A stretch of 64,000 nucleotides of DNA from Planctomycetota bacterium (GTDB taxonomy: Bacteria; Planctomycetota; UBA1135; UBA2386): assembly GCA_036274315.1 (NCBI GenBank), contig DASUFY010000243.1, forward strand, positions 1,329 to 65,328. The letters are read 5' to 3'. Shown piece by piece: positions 17,992 to 27,901 of this stretch (within the stretch, counting starts at the first letter, position 1; the number at the start of each line of letters is the position of its first letter). Below the pieces are notes generated by a model. It saw nothing but the letters and a program-made list of their open reading frames with translations. It was not told where the DNA came from and did no database searches. The position numbers were made by a program, and so were the translations under genes.

Positions 17992-19262
17992 CCCGATCCG
18001 CCCCGGTCCTCGCGGATGCGGGGCCGTTCCCCCGGCGGCGCAGCGCGTGGCCGCGCGCGGCGCGGCTCGCCGCCATCACCGCCTTCGCCGCGCTCGCGTG
18101 CTGCGGCAGCAAGGCGCCGCCGCCGGCCGCTCCGCGCAAGGTCGACGTGCGCACGATCGCCGCGAACGATCTCGTCGAGGCCGTGCTCGACGAGTGCCAC
18201 AAGCCACTGCGCGGCCGCATGGACCGCATCGCCGCGGTCGTGCGGCCCGCCGGCGGCAGTGAGGTGCGCCTGTTCGCGCTGCTGCCCGACAGGCTGCGCA
18301 CCCAGGAAGCCGACCGCGCCTTCCTGCTGTGCGACGACCGCGTCGTGCGACTGCGCGACGACAGCGGCGCGAACGCGGGCGGACCCGCCACGCCGGCCGA
18401 ACGCACGCGCGTGCAGCGCCTGCGGCTGTTGCTCGACGTCGCGACGTTCGGCCCGCTGCACCGGGCGACGGGCTGCCGCCGCCTCGGCGACCTCGAGTTC
18501 GAGCTGAGCCAACCCGAGGGCCCGCCGTGGACCCTGCGCCTGCGCCCCGACAACCTGCTGCCCGCGGCCCTGGCCGGGCCCGACGGCGAGGTCCGCATCG
18601 TCGACTACCTGCGCACCTCGACGACCTGGATCGCCAAGCACCTCGAACTCGACGGCCTCGGCGTCTGCGACGTGCACCTCGAGCTCGGCGGGCTCGACTG
18701 GACACCCGACTTCTTCGCGCCGCCCGACGAGCCGAGGAACACCGCCGAGCCCGTGCTGCGCATCGCGGCGCCCGGCACGGCGGTCGCCGAGACGCGGTCG
18801 CCGACGCCGATCCTCGTCGAAGGGCGCGCGGCGCAATGGATCTGCGTGCCCGACGCGGGCACCTGGCCGCAGCGTGTCGCGGCGTACAAGCCGCTGCACG
18901 AAGAACTCGAGCGCCAGGACCAGCTCATCGCGGGCTTCCCGATCTTCTGGCAGGAGCACGGCAGACACTGGCTCGCGGCGCCGTTCCGCCAGCGGCCCGA
19001 CGGGCCCGCGTTCCAAGCACCCGACGGCTGGCAGATCCGCGCCGTGCCGGCCGGCAAGTGGCTCGTCGTCTATCCGAAGGACGGCGAACTCGCGGGCAAG
19101 CTGGCGGCCGGCGAACGGCTGCTGCGCGAAGCGTTGACGCAGCGGGGGCTCGAGCCGCAGGGCGCGATCCTCGCACAACCGTTCGTCCAGCTGCAGGAAG
19201 GCGAACCTTCGCCCGAGAAGCTGGCGGCGCCGGTCGTGCGCATGTCGGTCGCGCTGCGCTGA
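17961..19262 (+). CDS. Hypothetical lipoprotein, possibly with a C-terminal GyrI-like/SOUL-like fold
   Basis: Signal-like segment AAITAFAALACC. The coding frame is consistent. The start is uncertain because the N-terminal extension is long and overlaps the previous gene by 31 nt. Confidence 0.55.
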   Translation: MAQGLRPRAIARSAPVLADAGPFPRRRSAWPRAARLAAITAFAALACCGSKAPPPAAPRKVDVRTIAANDLVEAVLDECHKPLRGRMDRIAAVVRPAGGSEVRLFALLPDRLRTQEADRAFLLCDDRVVRLRDDSGANAGGPATPAERTRVQRLRLLLDVATFGPLHRATGCRRLGDLEFELSQPEGPPWTLRLRPDNLLPAALAGPDGEVRIVDYLRTSTTWIAKHLELDGLGVCDVHLELGGLDWTPDFFAPPDEPRNTAEPVLRIAAPGTAVAETRSPTPILVEGRAAQWICVPDAGTWPQRVAAYKPLHEELERQDQLIAGFPIFWQEHGRHWLAAPFRQRPDGPAFQAPDGWQIRAVPAGKWLVVYPKDGELAGKLAAGERLLREALTQRGLEPQGAILAQPFVQLQEGEPSPEKLAAPVVRMSVALR

Positions 19263-19383
19263 TCGCACGCCGCGCCGTGCGATCGGCCATCGCGCAACGC
19301 GTCCGCCCACTCGATGGAGGATGCCGCCGAGAGCAGAGTTGCTTGACGGAGCCGACGCCGATGATGATATGTGCCGAATCACA

Positions 19384-19629
19384 ATGGCCACCGGCGCTCG
19401 CCAGCAGAAGAAGCAACCGCCGCCGCAGCGCGTGCTGCCGTTCCGCCAGAACGGCGGCCGCCGCGCCGGTGCTGGCAGGAAGCCGAACGGCGACAAGGCC
19501 GGCGTCAGCCACGCGGCCGAAGGCCGCGAGGTCTCGGTTCCTCAGGCGATCGACACGTTCACTTCGGCGCCGTGGTTCGACGGGTTCCGGGAGACGGTGA
19601 CCGTGCACGATCTGCCAGCGACCGGTTGA
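19384..19629 (+). pseudogene. Truncated N-terminal fragment of an IS200/IS605-like (REP-associated tyrosine transposase-like) gene
   Basis: NGGRRAGAGRKPNGDKAGVSH matches the GG(K/R)RxGAGRKPxGxxAGVSH N-terminal motif of that family. The ORF stops after 81 aa with no catalytic HUH/Tyr region. Confidence 0.4.
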
Positions 19630-19693
19630 CGGGGCAGCGCAGCACAGCTGTTCTTCCCTGCGACCCTCGTGTTCTCATGGACACGCCCCTCGC

Positions 19694-20884
19694 ATGGACC
19701 GCCCCGCACCGTCGCCGTTCGCCGCGCACTGGGACCTCGATCCCGGCGTGGTGTTCCTGAACCACGGCAGCTTCGGCGCCTGCCCGCGCGTCGTGCTGGC
19801 GCAGCAACAGGAGCTGCGCGCGCGCATGGAAGCCGAACCCGTGCTGTTCCTGCACCGCCGGCTCGAAGGCCTGCTCGACGAGGCGCGCGGCGCTCTCGCG
19901 CGGTTCGTGGGCTGCAACGCGGACGACCTCGCGTTCGTGCCGAACGCGACGACGGGCGTCAACACCGTGCTGCGTTCGCTGTCGTTCGCGGCCGGCGACG
20001 AGCTGCTCGTCACGGACCACGAATACAACGCGTGCCGCAACGCGCTCGACTTCGTCGCGAACCGCGCCGGCGCGCGCATCGTCGTCGCGCCGATCCCGTT
20101 TCCGCTGCACGATGCACGCCAGGTCCAGGACGCCGTGCTGGCGCACGCCGGTGCGCGCACGCGCCTGTTGCTCATCGATCACGTCACGAGCCCGACCGGG
20201 CTCGTGCTGCCGATCGAACCGATCGTGCACGCGCTGCGCGAACGCGGCATCGACACGCTCGTCGACGGCGCCCACGCACCGGGCATGCTGCCGCTCGCGC
20301 TCGACCGGCTCGGCGCGGCCTACTACACGGGCAACTGCCACAAGTGGCTCTGCACGCCGAAGGGCTCGGCGCTGTTGCACGTGCGCGCCGACCGTCAGGC
20401 CTTCGTGCGGCCGCTGTCGATCAGCCACGGCGCCAACTCGACGCGCACCGACCGCTCGCGCTTCCGCCTCGAGTTCGACTTCACGGGCACCGCCGACTTC
20501 ACGCCGTTCCTGTGCATCCCGGCGGCGCTGCGTTGCCTCGGCTCGCTGCTGCCGGGCGGCATGCCGGCGCTGCAGGCGCACAACCGCGAACTCGCACTCG
20601 CGGGCCGCGACCTGCTGTGCCGCAGGCTGGGCTCGGCGCCGCCGGCACCGCCGGGCATGATCGGCTCGCTGGCTTCGGTCGTGCTGCCGGCCAGCGACAG
20701 CCCCCCGGTGCCGCCGCTCGGGCTCGATGCGTTGCAGGCGCGCCTGTTCGACGAGCACCGCATCGAGGTGCCCGTCATGCGCTGGCCGCAGCCGCCGTTG
20801 CGCCTGCTGCGCATCTCGCCGCAGATCTACAACTCGCTGGCCCAGTACGAGTACCTGGCGGCAGCGCTCGGTCGCGCACCGTGA
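19694..20884 (+). CDS. Class V aminotransferase (isopenicillin-N epimerase / cysteine desulfurase-like)
   Basis: FLNHGSFGACP, NATTGVN and the PLP-lysine context GNCHKWLCTPKGSALL. Confidence 0.85.
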   Translation: MDRPAPSPFAAHWDLDPGVVFLNHGSFGACPRVVLAQQQELRARMEAEPVLFLHRRLEGLLDEARGALARFVGCNADDLAFVPNATTGVNTVLRSLSFAAGDELLVTDHEYNACRNALDFVANRAGARIVVAPIPFPLHDARQVQDAVLAHAGARTRLLLIDHVTSPTGLVLPIEPIVHALRERGIDTLVDGAHAPGMLPLALDRLGAAYYTGNCHKWLCTPKGSALLHVRADRQAFVRPLSISHGANSTRTDRSRFRLEFDFTGTADFTPFLCIPAALRCLGSLLPGGMPALQAHNRELALAGRDLLCRRLGSAPPAPPGMIGSLASVVLPASDSPPVPPLGLDALQARLFDEHRIEVPVMRWPQPPLRLLRISPQIYNSLAQYEYLAAALGRAP

Positions 20885-20904
20885 TTCAAACGGTCGTTTG
20901 AATC
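20883..20904. promoter_or_regulatory. Putative TetR operator: palindrome with 10-bp arms, GATTCAAACG-GT-CGTTTGAATC
   Basis: AT-rich inverted repeat read directly, 30 nt upstream of the tetR start and overlapping the candidate -35 box. Confidence 0.6.
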
Positions 20905-20925
20905 GACGCGTTGGGCGGGTAGCGT
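20898..20925 (+). promoter_or_regulatory. Candidate sigma-70 promoter (TTGAAT - 16 nt - TAGCGT) giving a leaderless or near-leaderless tetR-efflux transcript
   Basis: The -10 box ends 9 nt before the ATG at 20935, and no SD is present. Confidence 0.4.
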
Positions 20926-20934
20926 GCCGCGCCC

Positions 20935-21618
20935 ATGTCGAGCACCGACACCCGGCTCCGGATCCTCGACGCCGCCGAGGGGCTCTTCGCCGAGCAGGGC
21001 TACGCCGCCACTTCGCTGCGGCAGATCACGGGCCGGGCCGGCGCCAACCTGGCCGCCGTCAACTACCACTTCGGTTCCAAGGAGGACCTGGCCAAGGCCG
21101 CGCTCGCGCGGCACCTGGAGCCGATCAACGGCGAACGGCTGCGGCGACTCGCGGCGCTGCCCGCGCGCGCGCCCGTCGAGGCGATCGTGCGCGCCTTCGT
21201 CGAACCGCCGCTGCGCGCGAGCCCAGCGCAGCGCGCGCGACAGGCCGGGCGCCCGGCCGAGCGCCTGTGTCGCCTGTTCGGCCGCATCAGCCTCGAGCAG
21301 CCGGCGTTCCTGCGCTCGTTCCTCGCGGGGCAATTCCGCGAAGTGGCGGATCGTTTCGAGCGCGCCCTGGTCGCGACGCTGCCCGGGCACGGCGCCGCGA
21401 CGATCTGGTGGCGCCTGCACTTCCTCGTCGGCGCCATGGCCCACACGCTGCAGAACTCGGCGACGCTGTCGCACCTGACCGGCAAGCTCTGCGACCCGGA
21501 CGACAAGGACGCGCTCGTCGAGCAGCTGGTCGCGTTCGCGACCGGCGGCCTGCGCGCGCCGGCCGTGACCGGCCCGCGTCGCCCGGGCCGGGTCCGCACG
21601 GAGGTCGGCCGCGCATGA
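20935..21618 (+). CDS. TetR/AcrR-family transcriptional regulator
   Basis: N-terminal HTH RILDAAEGLFAEQGYAATSLRQITGRAGANLAAVNYHFGSKEDL. Confidence 0.9.
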   Translation: MSSTDTRLRILDAAEGLFAEQGYAATSLRQITGRAGANLAAVNYHFGSKEDLAKAALARHLEPINGERLRRLAALPARAPVEAIVRAFVEPPLRASPAQRARQAGRPAERLCRLFGRISLEQPAFLRSFLAGQFREVADRFERALVATLPGHGAATIWWRLHFLVGAMAHTLQNSATLSHLTGKLCDPDDKDALVEQLVAFATGGLRAPAVTGPRRPGRVRTEVGRA

Positions 21619-23063
21619 CGTGCCGGACCCCAGGACGTCTGGGTGCTCTCGCGGCCGCGGCCTGGCTCGCGGCGTGCGCCGCCGCACCACCACCGAGCGA
21701 GCAGTCCGAGGTCGACGTCGACGTGCCACGGTCGTGGACCGCCGCCGACCCCGAGGCGGCCGTCGCACCGCACGCCGACATCGACGCCCGATGGTGGCGC
21801 GAGTTCGGCGATGCCGAGCTCGACCGCCTCGTCGAGCTGGCGCTGCAGAACAACCGCGACGTGCGCGCGGCGTTGGCGCGCCTCGACGCCGCGGCCGCCG
21901 ATCGCACGATCGCCGGCGCCGCGGGCTGGCCCGAGGCCGACGTCGGCCTCGACGCGTTGCGCGCGCGGCGCCTGTTCCTCGGCTTCCCGTTCGGCGGCGG
22001 CGGCGTGCCGAGCAGCACGACGACCACCTACGGCCTGTCGCTGAGCCTGCGCTGGGAGCTCGACCTGTGGGGACGCGTGCGCGCCGGTGAATCGGCCGCC
22101 ATCGCCGACCTGCAGGCGGCGGCCGCCGACGTCGCCGGCGCGCAGCTGAGCCTCGCGGCGCAGGTGTGCAAGGCGTGGTTCGCCGCCGTCGAAGCCAACC
22201 AGCAGGTGGCGCTCGCCGAGGCGACGGCCACCGCGCTGCGCGCCACCACCGACGACGTGCGCGATCGCTACCGGCGCGGCCTGCGCCCGGCGCTCGAAGT
22301 GCACCTCGCGGCGACCAACCTCGCCAACGCCGAAGCGGCGATCGCGCAGCGCCGCGACACGCTGCAGCGCGCGCGGCGCCAGATCGACCTGCTCGTCGGC
22401 CGCTACCCGCGCGGCCTCGCGGCCCCGGCCACCATGCCCGACCAGCTGCCGGACGTACCGGCGGGCCTGCCGAGCGAACTGCTGCAGCGCCGGCCCGACC
22501 TCGTCGCCGCCGAGCGCCGGTTGGCGGCGGCCGGCTGTCGCGTCGAAGAGGCCAAGGCGGCGCTCTACCCGCGCCTGAGCCTGACCGGCAGCGGCGGCAC
22601 CAGCAGCGAAGACCTCGCGGACCTCGTCGACAACGACTTCCGCATCTGGAGCATCGGCGCCAACCTGCTGCAGCCGCTGTTCCGCGGCGGTGCGCTGCGC
22701 GCCGAGGTCGTGCGCCGGCAGGCCGAACGCGCCGAGGCCATCGCGCTCTATGGCGGCGCCGTGTTGCGCGCCTGCGCCGAGGTCGAGGACACGCTCGCCG
22801 CCGACACGGAGATCCTGGCCAAACGCACGAGCCTGGCCGACGCCAGCGATCACGCGCGACAGTTCCGCGACCTCGCGCGCGATCGTTGGCAGCTCGGCCT
22901 CGCCGACTTCCTCGCGGTCGCCGATGGCCAGCGGCAGGCGTTCCTCGCCGAATCGGCGTTGATCGCCGCCGACCGGCAGCGGGTCGAGAACCGCATCGAT
23001 CTCTTCCTGGCCCTCGGCGGTGGCTACGGCGCCCCCGCACCGGCCGAGCCGGCCAAACCCTGA
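21615..23063 (+). CDS. RND efflux outer-membrane factor lipoprotein (NodT/OprM family)
   Basis: ATGA overlap with tetR. Lipobox AAWLAAC. Motifs WWREFGDAELDRLVELALQNNRDVRAA and C-terminal FLALGGG. Confidence 0.9.
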   Translation: MTCRTPGRLGALAAAAWLAACAAAPPPSEQSEVDVDVPRSWTAADPEAAVAPHADIDARWWREFGDAELDRLVELALQNNRDVRAALARLDAAAADRTIAGAAGWPEADVGLDALRARRLFLGFPFGGGGVPSSTTTTYGLSLSLRWELDLWGRVRAGESAAIADLQAAAADVAGAQLSLAAQVCKAWFAAVEANQQVALAEATATALRATTDDVRDRYRRGLRPALEVHLAATNLANAEAAIAQRRDTLQRARRQIDLLVGRYPRGLAAPATMPDQLPDVPAGLPSELLQRRPDLVAAERRLAAAGCRVEEAKAALYPRLSLTGSGGTSSEDLADLVDNDFRIWSIGANLLQPLFRGGALRAEVVRRQAERAEAIALYGGAVLRACAEVEDTLAADTEILAKRTSLADASDHARQFRDLARDRWQLGLADFLAVADGQRQAFLAESALIAADRQRVENRIDLFLALGGGYGAPAPAEPAKP

Positions 23064-23065
23064 CC

Positions 23066-24286
23066 GTGAAGGCAACAGAAGCCGTGAAGTACCTCCGCCT
23101 CTGCCTGCAGGTCCTGCTGCCCCTCGCGGTGTTGGTCGCGGGAGCGACGCTCGTCCGGGTGATCCAGGACAACCAGAAGGCCCCGGTCGTCGACCCACCG
23201 CCCGCGCGCGGCCCGCTCGTGCGCACGCAGTTGGCGACGGCGACCGACCTGCGCATCGACGTCGACACCCAGGGCACGGTCGAGCCGTTCCGCACGGTCG
23301 CGCTGAGTTCGTACGTGTCGGGCCGCGTCGTCGCCAAGAACGCGGTGCTGCGCGCGGGCGGCCACGTCGCCGCCGACGAGGTGCTGCTCGAGATCGACCC
23401 GGCCGACTTCGAGCTCGACATCGTGCAGCAGGAGGCCGCCGTGGCGCGGGCCGAACTCCACCTGCTGCAGGAGCGCGCCGAGGCCGACGCCGCGCTGCGG
23501 GTCTGGCAGCAGCTCGAAGGCGACCGGCCGGCCGATCCGCTGGTCCTGCGCGGGCCGCAGGTCGCCGACGCCGAGAAGGCGCTGGCCGCGGCCAAGGCCC
23601 AGCTCGAACGCAGCCGGCTCGACCTCGCGCGCACGAAGGTCAAGGCGCCGTTCGCCGGACGCGTACACAGCGCCAGCGCCGAGGTCGGGGAGTTCGTGCA
23701 GGCCGGCCAGTCGCTGGCCGTGCTGTTCGACACGACCTTCGTCGAGGCCCGGCTGCCGATCCCCGTCGCCGATGCAGCGTTCCTCGAGCTGCCCGCGCCG
23801 AGCGGTGCGGTGGCCGGCGGGCCCGAGGTGCAGCTGACCGCCCAGTTCGCGGGGCGGCGACACACCTGGACGGGCGTGGTCGTTCGCACCGAAGGCGAGA
23901 TCGATCGACGCACGCGCCAGATGACGCTCGTCGCGCGCGTCGCGGCCGGCGGCGAGCAGACCGGGGCCGGGACCGCGCCGCCGTTGCTCGTCGGCATGTT
24001 CGTGCAGGCCCGCGTGAGCGGCCGTTCGTTCGCCGGCGTGGTCACGGTGCCGCGCGCCGCGCTGCGCGACGGCACCTGCGTGTGGATCGTCGACGCCGAA
24101 CAGCGGCTGCGCCGCCGCGAGGTGCAGGTGCTGCGCGCCGAGGCCGACCGCGTCGTGCTCGGCGGCGGCCTCGCCGCCGGCGAACGGATCTGCATCACGT
24201 CCCTCGAGACCCCCACCGACGGCATGCCGGTGCGCATCGTCGAGGCCAAAGCGACCGTCGAGCCAGCACCGCACGAGGCGAGGTGA
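23066..24286 (+). CDS. RND efflux periplasmic adaptor (HlyD/MFP family)
   Basis: GTG start 2 nt after the OMF stop. TM anchor, then GTVEPFRTVALSSYVSGRV...LLEIDPADFEL...APFAGRV. Confidence 0.85.
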   Translation: MKATEAVKYLRLCLQVLLPLAVLVAGATLVRVIQDNQKAPVVDPPPARGPLVRTQLATATDLRIDVDTQGTVEPFRTVALSSYVSGRVVAKNAVLRAGGHVAADEVLLEIDPADFELDIVQQEAAVARAELHLLQERAEADAALRVWQQLEGDRPADPLVLRGPQVADAEKALAAAKAQLERSRLDLARTKVKAPFAGRVHSASAEVGEFVQAGQSLAVLFDTTFVEARLPIPVADAAFLELPAPSGAVAGGPEVQLTAQFAGRRHTWTGVVVRTEGEIDRRTRQMTLVARVAAGGEQTGAGTAPPLLVGMFVQARVSGRSFAGVVTVPRAALRDGTCVWIVDAEQRLRRREVQVLRAEADRVVLGGGLAAGERICITSLETPTDGMPVRIVEAKATVEPAPHEAR

Positions 24287-24288
24287 CC

Positions 24289-27200
24289 ATGCGCGACGAC
24301 CCCACGATCCCGCCCGACGAACGCGCCGGCTTCTTCGCCTGGTTCACGCAGAACCACGTCGCCGCGACGCTGATCGCCTTCACGTTCGTGGTCGCCGGCC
24401 TCGCGGCGCTGCTCGGCGGTCGCGTGCGGCGCGAGGTCTTCCCCGAGATCGCGCCGAACATCGTGACGGTGCAGGTCACCTATCCGGGCGCGACGCCGAC
24501 CGAGGTCGAGCACGGCGTCTGCCTGCGCATCGAGGAGGTCGTCGAGGGGGTCACCGGTGTCGACAAGATCACCTCGAGCGCCAACGAGGGCACCGGCCTG
24601 GTCGTCATCGAGACGCTGCAGGATGCCGACGTCGGGCGCGTGCTCGACGACGTCAAGAACCGCGTCGAGGCGATCACCAACCTGCCGGTCGAAGCCGAGA
24701 CGCCGATCGTCTCGCGGCTCGTCGTGCGCAAGGAGGTCGTCAACGTCTCGATCTACGGCGACGTGCCGGAGCTGACGCTCAAGCGCCTCGCCGAGCAGTC
24801 GCGCGAGGCCCTGGCCGCGTTGCCCGAGGTCTCGCAGGTCGAACTGGACGCCGTGCGCCCGTACGAGATCTCGATCGAGGTCAGCGAGGTGGCGATGCGC
24901 CGGCACGCGCTGACGTTCGACGACGTGGCGCGGGCCGTGCGCAGCGGCAGCCTCGACCTGCCGGCCGGCGCGATCAAGGCCGACGCCGGGCAGACGCTGC
25001 TGCGCGTGCAGGGGCAGGCCTACCGCGGTGAACAGTTCGCCGACCTCGTGCTGCTGTCGAAGCCCGACGGAACGCGCGTGCGGCTCGGCGACGTCGCGAC
25101 CGTCGTCGACGGCTTCGCCGAGGACGACCTCATGGCGCGCTTCGACGGCAAGCCGGCCGCGCTGCTGAAGGTGTTCCGCGTCGGCGAGCAGGATGCGATC
25201 GCGGTCACGGGCGCGGTGCGCGACTGGGTCAACGGCCCGGGCCGGCGCCTGCTGCCGCCCGGCGTGCGGATGACCACGTGGCGCGACGAATCGGTCATCC
25301 TCAAGGGCCGCATCGACCTGCTGTTCGGCAACGCGCTGCAGGGTCTCGTGCTCGTGTTCGTGATCCTCGCGCTGTTCCTGCAGCTGCGCGTGGCGGTCTG
25401 GGTCGCGGTCGGCATCCCGGTGGCGTTCCTCGGCGCCGTGGCGCTGATGCCGGCCTTCGGCGTGTCGATCAACATGATCTCGCTGTTCGCGTTCCTGCTC
25501 GTGCTCGGCATCGTCGTCGACGACGCGATCGTGGTCGGCGAGAACGTCGTGATGCACCGCACGATGGGCGAATCGCCGATGCTGGCGTCGCTGCGCGGCG
25601 GGCGCACCGTGCGCAGCCCCGTCTTCGCCTCGGTGATGACCACGATCGCCGCGTTCACGCCGATGCTGTTCTCGGTGCCCGGTGCCGACGCCCAGGTCTG
25701 GCGCGTGATCCCGCTGATCGTCATCCCCGTGCTGTTGATCAGCCTCGTGGAGTCGCAGCTGTGCCTGCCGGCGCACCTCGCCGGCATCGGCGTCGAGCCA
25801 CCCGGACATCGCCCGTGGCTGCCCGCGCGGCTGTGGACCGCCGTGCAGGGCCGCTTCCAGGCCGGACTCGACTGGTTCGTGCGCCGGGTCTACCAGCCGA
25901 GCCTCGAGTTCTGCCTGAGCTGGCGCTACCTCACGATCTCGTGCGCGATCGTCGTGCTGATGCTCGCGCTCGCGAGTGCCGGGGCCGGCTTCCCGCGCTT
26001 CGTGTTCTTCCCGACCGTCGACGGCGACAACATCGTCGTGACGCTGACGATGCCGCAGGGCACGCCGGTGTCGGTCACGGGCGGCATCCTCGGCCGCATC
26101 GAGACCGCGGCGCGCGACGTCTGCGCCGAGTTCGACGCGCGACAGCCCGGGCAACCGGCGCTGCTGCAGCACATGCTCGCCACGGTCGGCTCGCAGCCGT
26201 ACTCGGTCGAGCAGGCGCGCAACGGCGGCCAGCGGGACGCGCAGTTCCAATCGGGCTCGCACCTGGCCGAGCTCAACGTGCAGCTGCTCGCATCCGAGCT
26301 GCGAACGGTCGCGTCCAACGACATCATGAGCCGGCTGCGCGAGCGCGTCGGCGCCGTGCCGGATGCGGTCGACCTGCAGTTCACGACCTCGTTCTTCAGC
26401 ACCGGCAAGGACATCGACGTCGAGCTCTATCACGCGGACATGAACGAGCTGCGGGCCGCGGTCGACGATCTCGAACAGGAGCTGCGTTCGATGCCGGACA
26501 TCAAGGACGTCAGCAACTCGTTCCGCCTCGGCAAGCGCGAACTCGAACTGCGCATCCGGCCGAGCGCCGAACCGCTCGGCCTCAGCCAGCAGGACCTCGC
26601 GCGACAGGTGCGCCAGGCGTTCTACGGCGAGGAGGCGCAGCGCGTGCAGCGCGGCCGCGACGACGTCAAGGTGATGGTCCGCTATCCCGAAGCGGGCCGG
26701 CGCTCGCTGAGCGACCTCGATTCGCTGCGCATCCGCACGCCCTCGGGCGACGAGGTGCCCCTGCACGAGGTCGCCACGACGAGCACCGGGCGTTCGTTCT
26801 CGTCGATCAACCGCGTCAATCGCAAGCGCGCGCTGCGCGTCAGCGGCGACATCGACGAGAACGACCCGAATGCCAGCGCCGAGGCGATCAACGCGCGCCT
26901 CAGGAAGGAGGTGCTGCCAGCACTCATCGACCGGCATCCGGGCCTGGCCTGGGCGTTCGAGGGCGACCAGAAGAAGAAGTCCGACCTGCTGCGCTCGCTC
27001 GCCTCGGGCTTCGCCATCGCGCTGTTCATGATCTACGCGCTCATGGCCGTGCCGTTGAAGTCGTTCCTGCAGCCGCTGCTGATCATGACCGCCGTGCCGT
27101 TCGGGCTCGTCGGCGCGCTCGCGGGCCACATGCTGCTCGGCTTCGACCTCAGCATCCTGTCGATGTTCGGCGTGATCGCGCTGGCCGGCGTCGTCGTCAA

Positions 27201-27531
27201 CGACAACATCGTGCTCGTCGACTGGGTCAATCGACGCCGCGACGAACACGACACGCTGTTCGAGGCCGTGCGCACGGCCGGCGCCGCGCGCTTCCGTCCG
27301 ATCCTGCTCACCTCGCTGACCACGTTCGGCGGCCTGACACCGCTGCTGCTCGAGAAGAGCGTGCAGGCGCGCTTCCTGGTGCCGATGGGCATCTCGCTGG
27401 CGTTCGGCGTGATGTTCGCCACCGCGATCAGCCTCGTGCTCGTGCCGTCGCTGTATCTCGTGCTCGAAGACCTGCGCCGGGCCGCGGGCAGGGCCTGGCG
27501 CTGGCTCTACGGCCGCAACCGCGCGGCCTGA
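24289..27531 (+). CDS. RND inner-membrane efflux transporter (AcrB/HAE family)
   Basis: 1080 aa with 12-TM topology. Typical motifs [20 protein letters not shown] and [21 protein letters not shown]. Confidence 0.95.
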   Translation: MRDDPTIPPDERAGFFAWFTQNHVAATLIAFTFVVAGLAALLGGRVRREVFPEIAPNIVTVQVTYPGATPTEVEHGVCLRIEEVVEGVTGVDKITSSANEGTGLVVIETLQDADVGRVLDDVKNRVEAITNLPVEAETPIVSRLVVRKEVVNVSIYGDVPELTLKRLAEQSREALAALPEVSQVELDAVRPYEISIEVSEVAMRRHALTFDDVARAVRSGSLDLPAGAIKADAGQTLLRVQGQAYRGEQFADLVLLSKPDGTRVRLGDVATVVDGFAEDDLMARFDGKPAALLKVFRVGEQDAIAVTGAVRDWVNGPGRRLLPPGVRMTTWRDESVILKGRIDLLFGNALQGLVLVFVILALFLQLRVAVWVAVGIPVAFLGAVALMPAFGVSINMISLFAFLLVLGIVVDDAIVVGENVVMHRTMGESPMLASLRGGRTVRSPVFASVMTTIAAFTPMLFSVPGADAQVWRVIPLIVIPVLLISLVESQLCLPAHLAGIGVEPPGHRPWLPARLWTAVQGRFQAGLDWFVRRVYQPSLEFCLSWRYLTISCAIVVLMLALASAGAGFPRFVFFPTVDGDNIVVTLTMPQGTPVSVTGGILGRIETAARDVCAEFDARQPGQPALLQHMLATVGSQPYSVEQARNGGQRDAQFQSGSHLAELNVQLLASELRTVASNDIMSRLRERVGAVPDAVDLQFTTSFFSTGKDIDVELYHADMNELRAAVDDLEQELRSMPDIKDVSNSFRLGKRELELRIRPSAEPLGLSQQDLARQVRQAFYGEEAQRVQRGRDDVKVMVRYPEAGRRSLSDLDSLRIRTPSGDEVPLHEVATTSTGRSFSSINRVNRKRALRVSGDIDENDPNASAEAINARLRKEVLPALIDRHPGLAWAFEGDQKKKSDLLRSLASGFAIALFMIYALMAVPLKSFLQPLLIMTAVPFGLVGALAGHMLLGFDLSILSMFGVIALAGVVVNDNIVLVDWVNRRRDEHDTLFEAVRTAGAARFRPILLTSLTTFGGLTPLLLEKSVQARFLVPMGISLAFGVMFATAISLVLVPSLYLVLEDLRRAAGRAWRWLYGRNRAA

Positions 27532-27726
27532 CGCCCGGCCGTCGGGATTCTCGACAGTCCTCGGACCGCTGTCGGCGGCTCGCACACAGGCGGAGTACAG
27601 GCGCAGGCCCGCGTGCGTCGATGCCTGTGACGAACCGAATGCAGGGGTCACAGCGGATCGACAGAAGGTGCGTGAGCGCGCCCCGGCACTTCACACTGCC
27701 GAGGGCCAAGCGCGGCGTCGCGCGCC

Positions 27727-27750
27727 GGTTGCGGCCATGGCTGCGATGGG
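27727..27750. repeat. 24-bp exact direct repeat, copy 1 (GGTTGCGGCCATGGCTGCGATGGG)
   Basis: Identical to 27868-27891. Contains an imperfect palindrome centred on CCATGG. Confidence 0.85.
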
Positions 27751-27867
27751 CACCGAGTGCCGAAAGGCCTCGCGCCGCGCGATGGTTTTCGGCGAGCGAG
27801 GTGCCCCGGCAAGCAAGCGGCCAGGGCCAAATTGCCGCGGGCTTGGACGCGGCGTGCAACCATGGTT

Positions 27868-27891
27868 GGTTGCGGCCATGGCTGCGATGGG
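27868..27891. repeat. 24-bp exact direct repeat, copy 2, ending 10 nt before the histidine kinase ATG
   Basis: Identical to 27727-27750. Confidence 0.85.
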
Positions 27892-27901
27892 TGCACGCCC
27901 G

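Noticed and set aside
20827-27651. 2274-aa minus-strand ORF spanning the tetR-RND region
   Set aside because: It is antisense to four genes with unmistakable TetR/OMF/MFP/RND motifs. The translation is Arg/Ala/Gly/Pro-rich low complexity, as expected for stop-free antisense frames in GC-rich DNA.
27625-27653. Hairpin ctgtgac-N15-gtcacag after the RND gene as a terminator
   Set aside because: It has only a 7-bp stem with a 15-nt loop and no U-tract, which is too weak to call.
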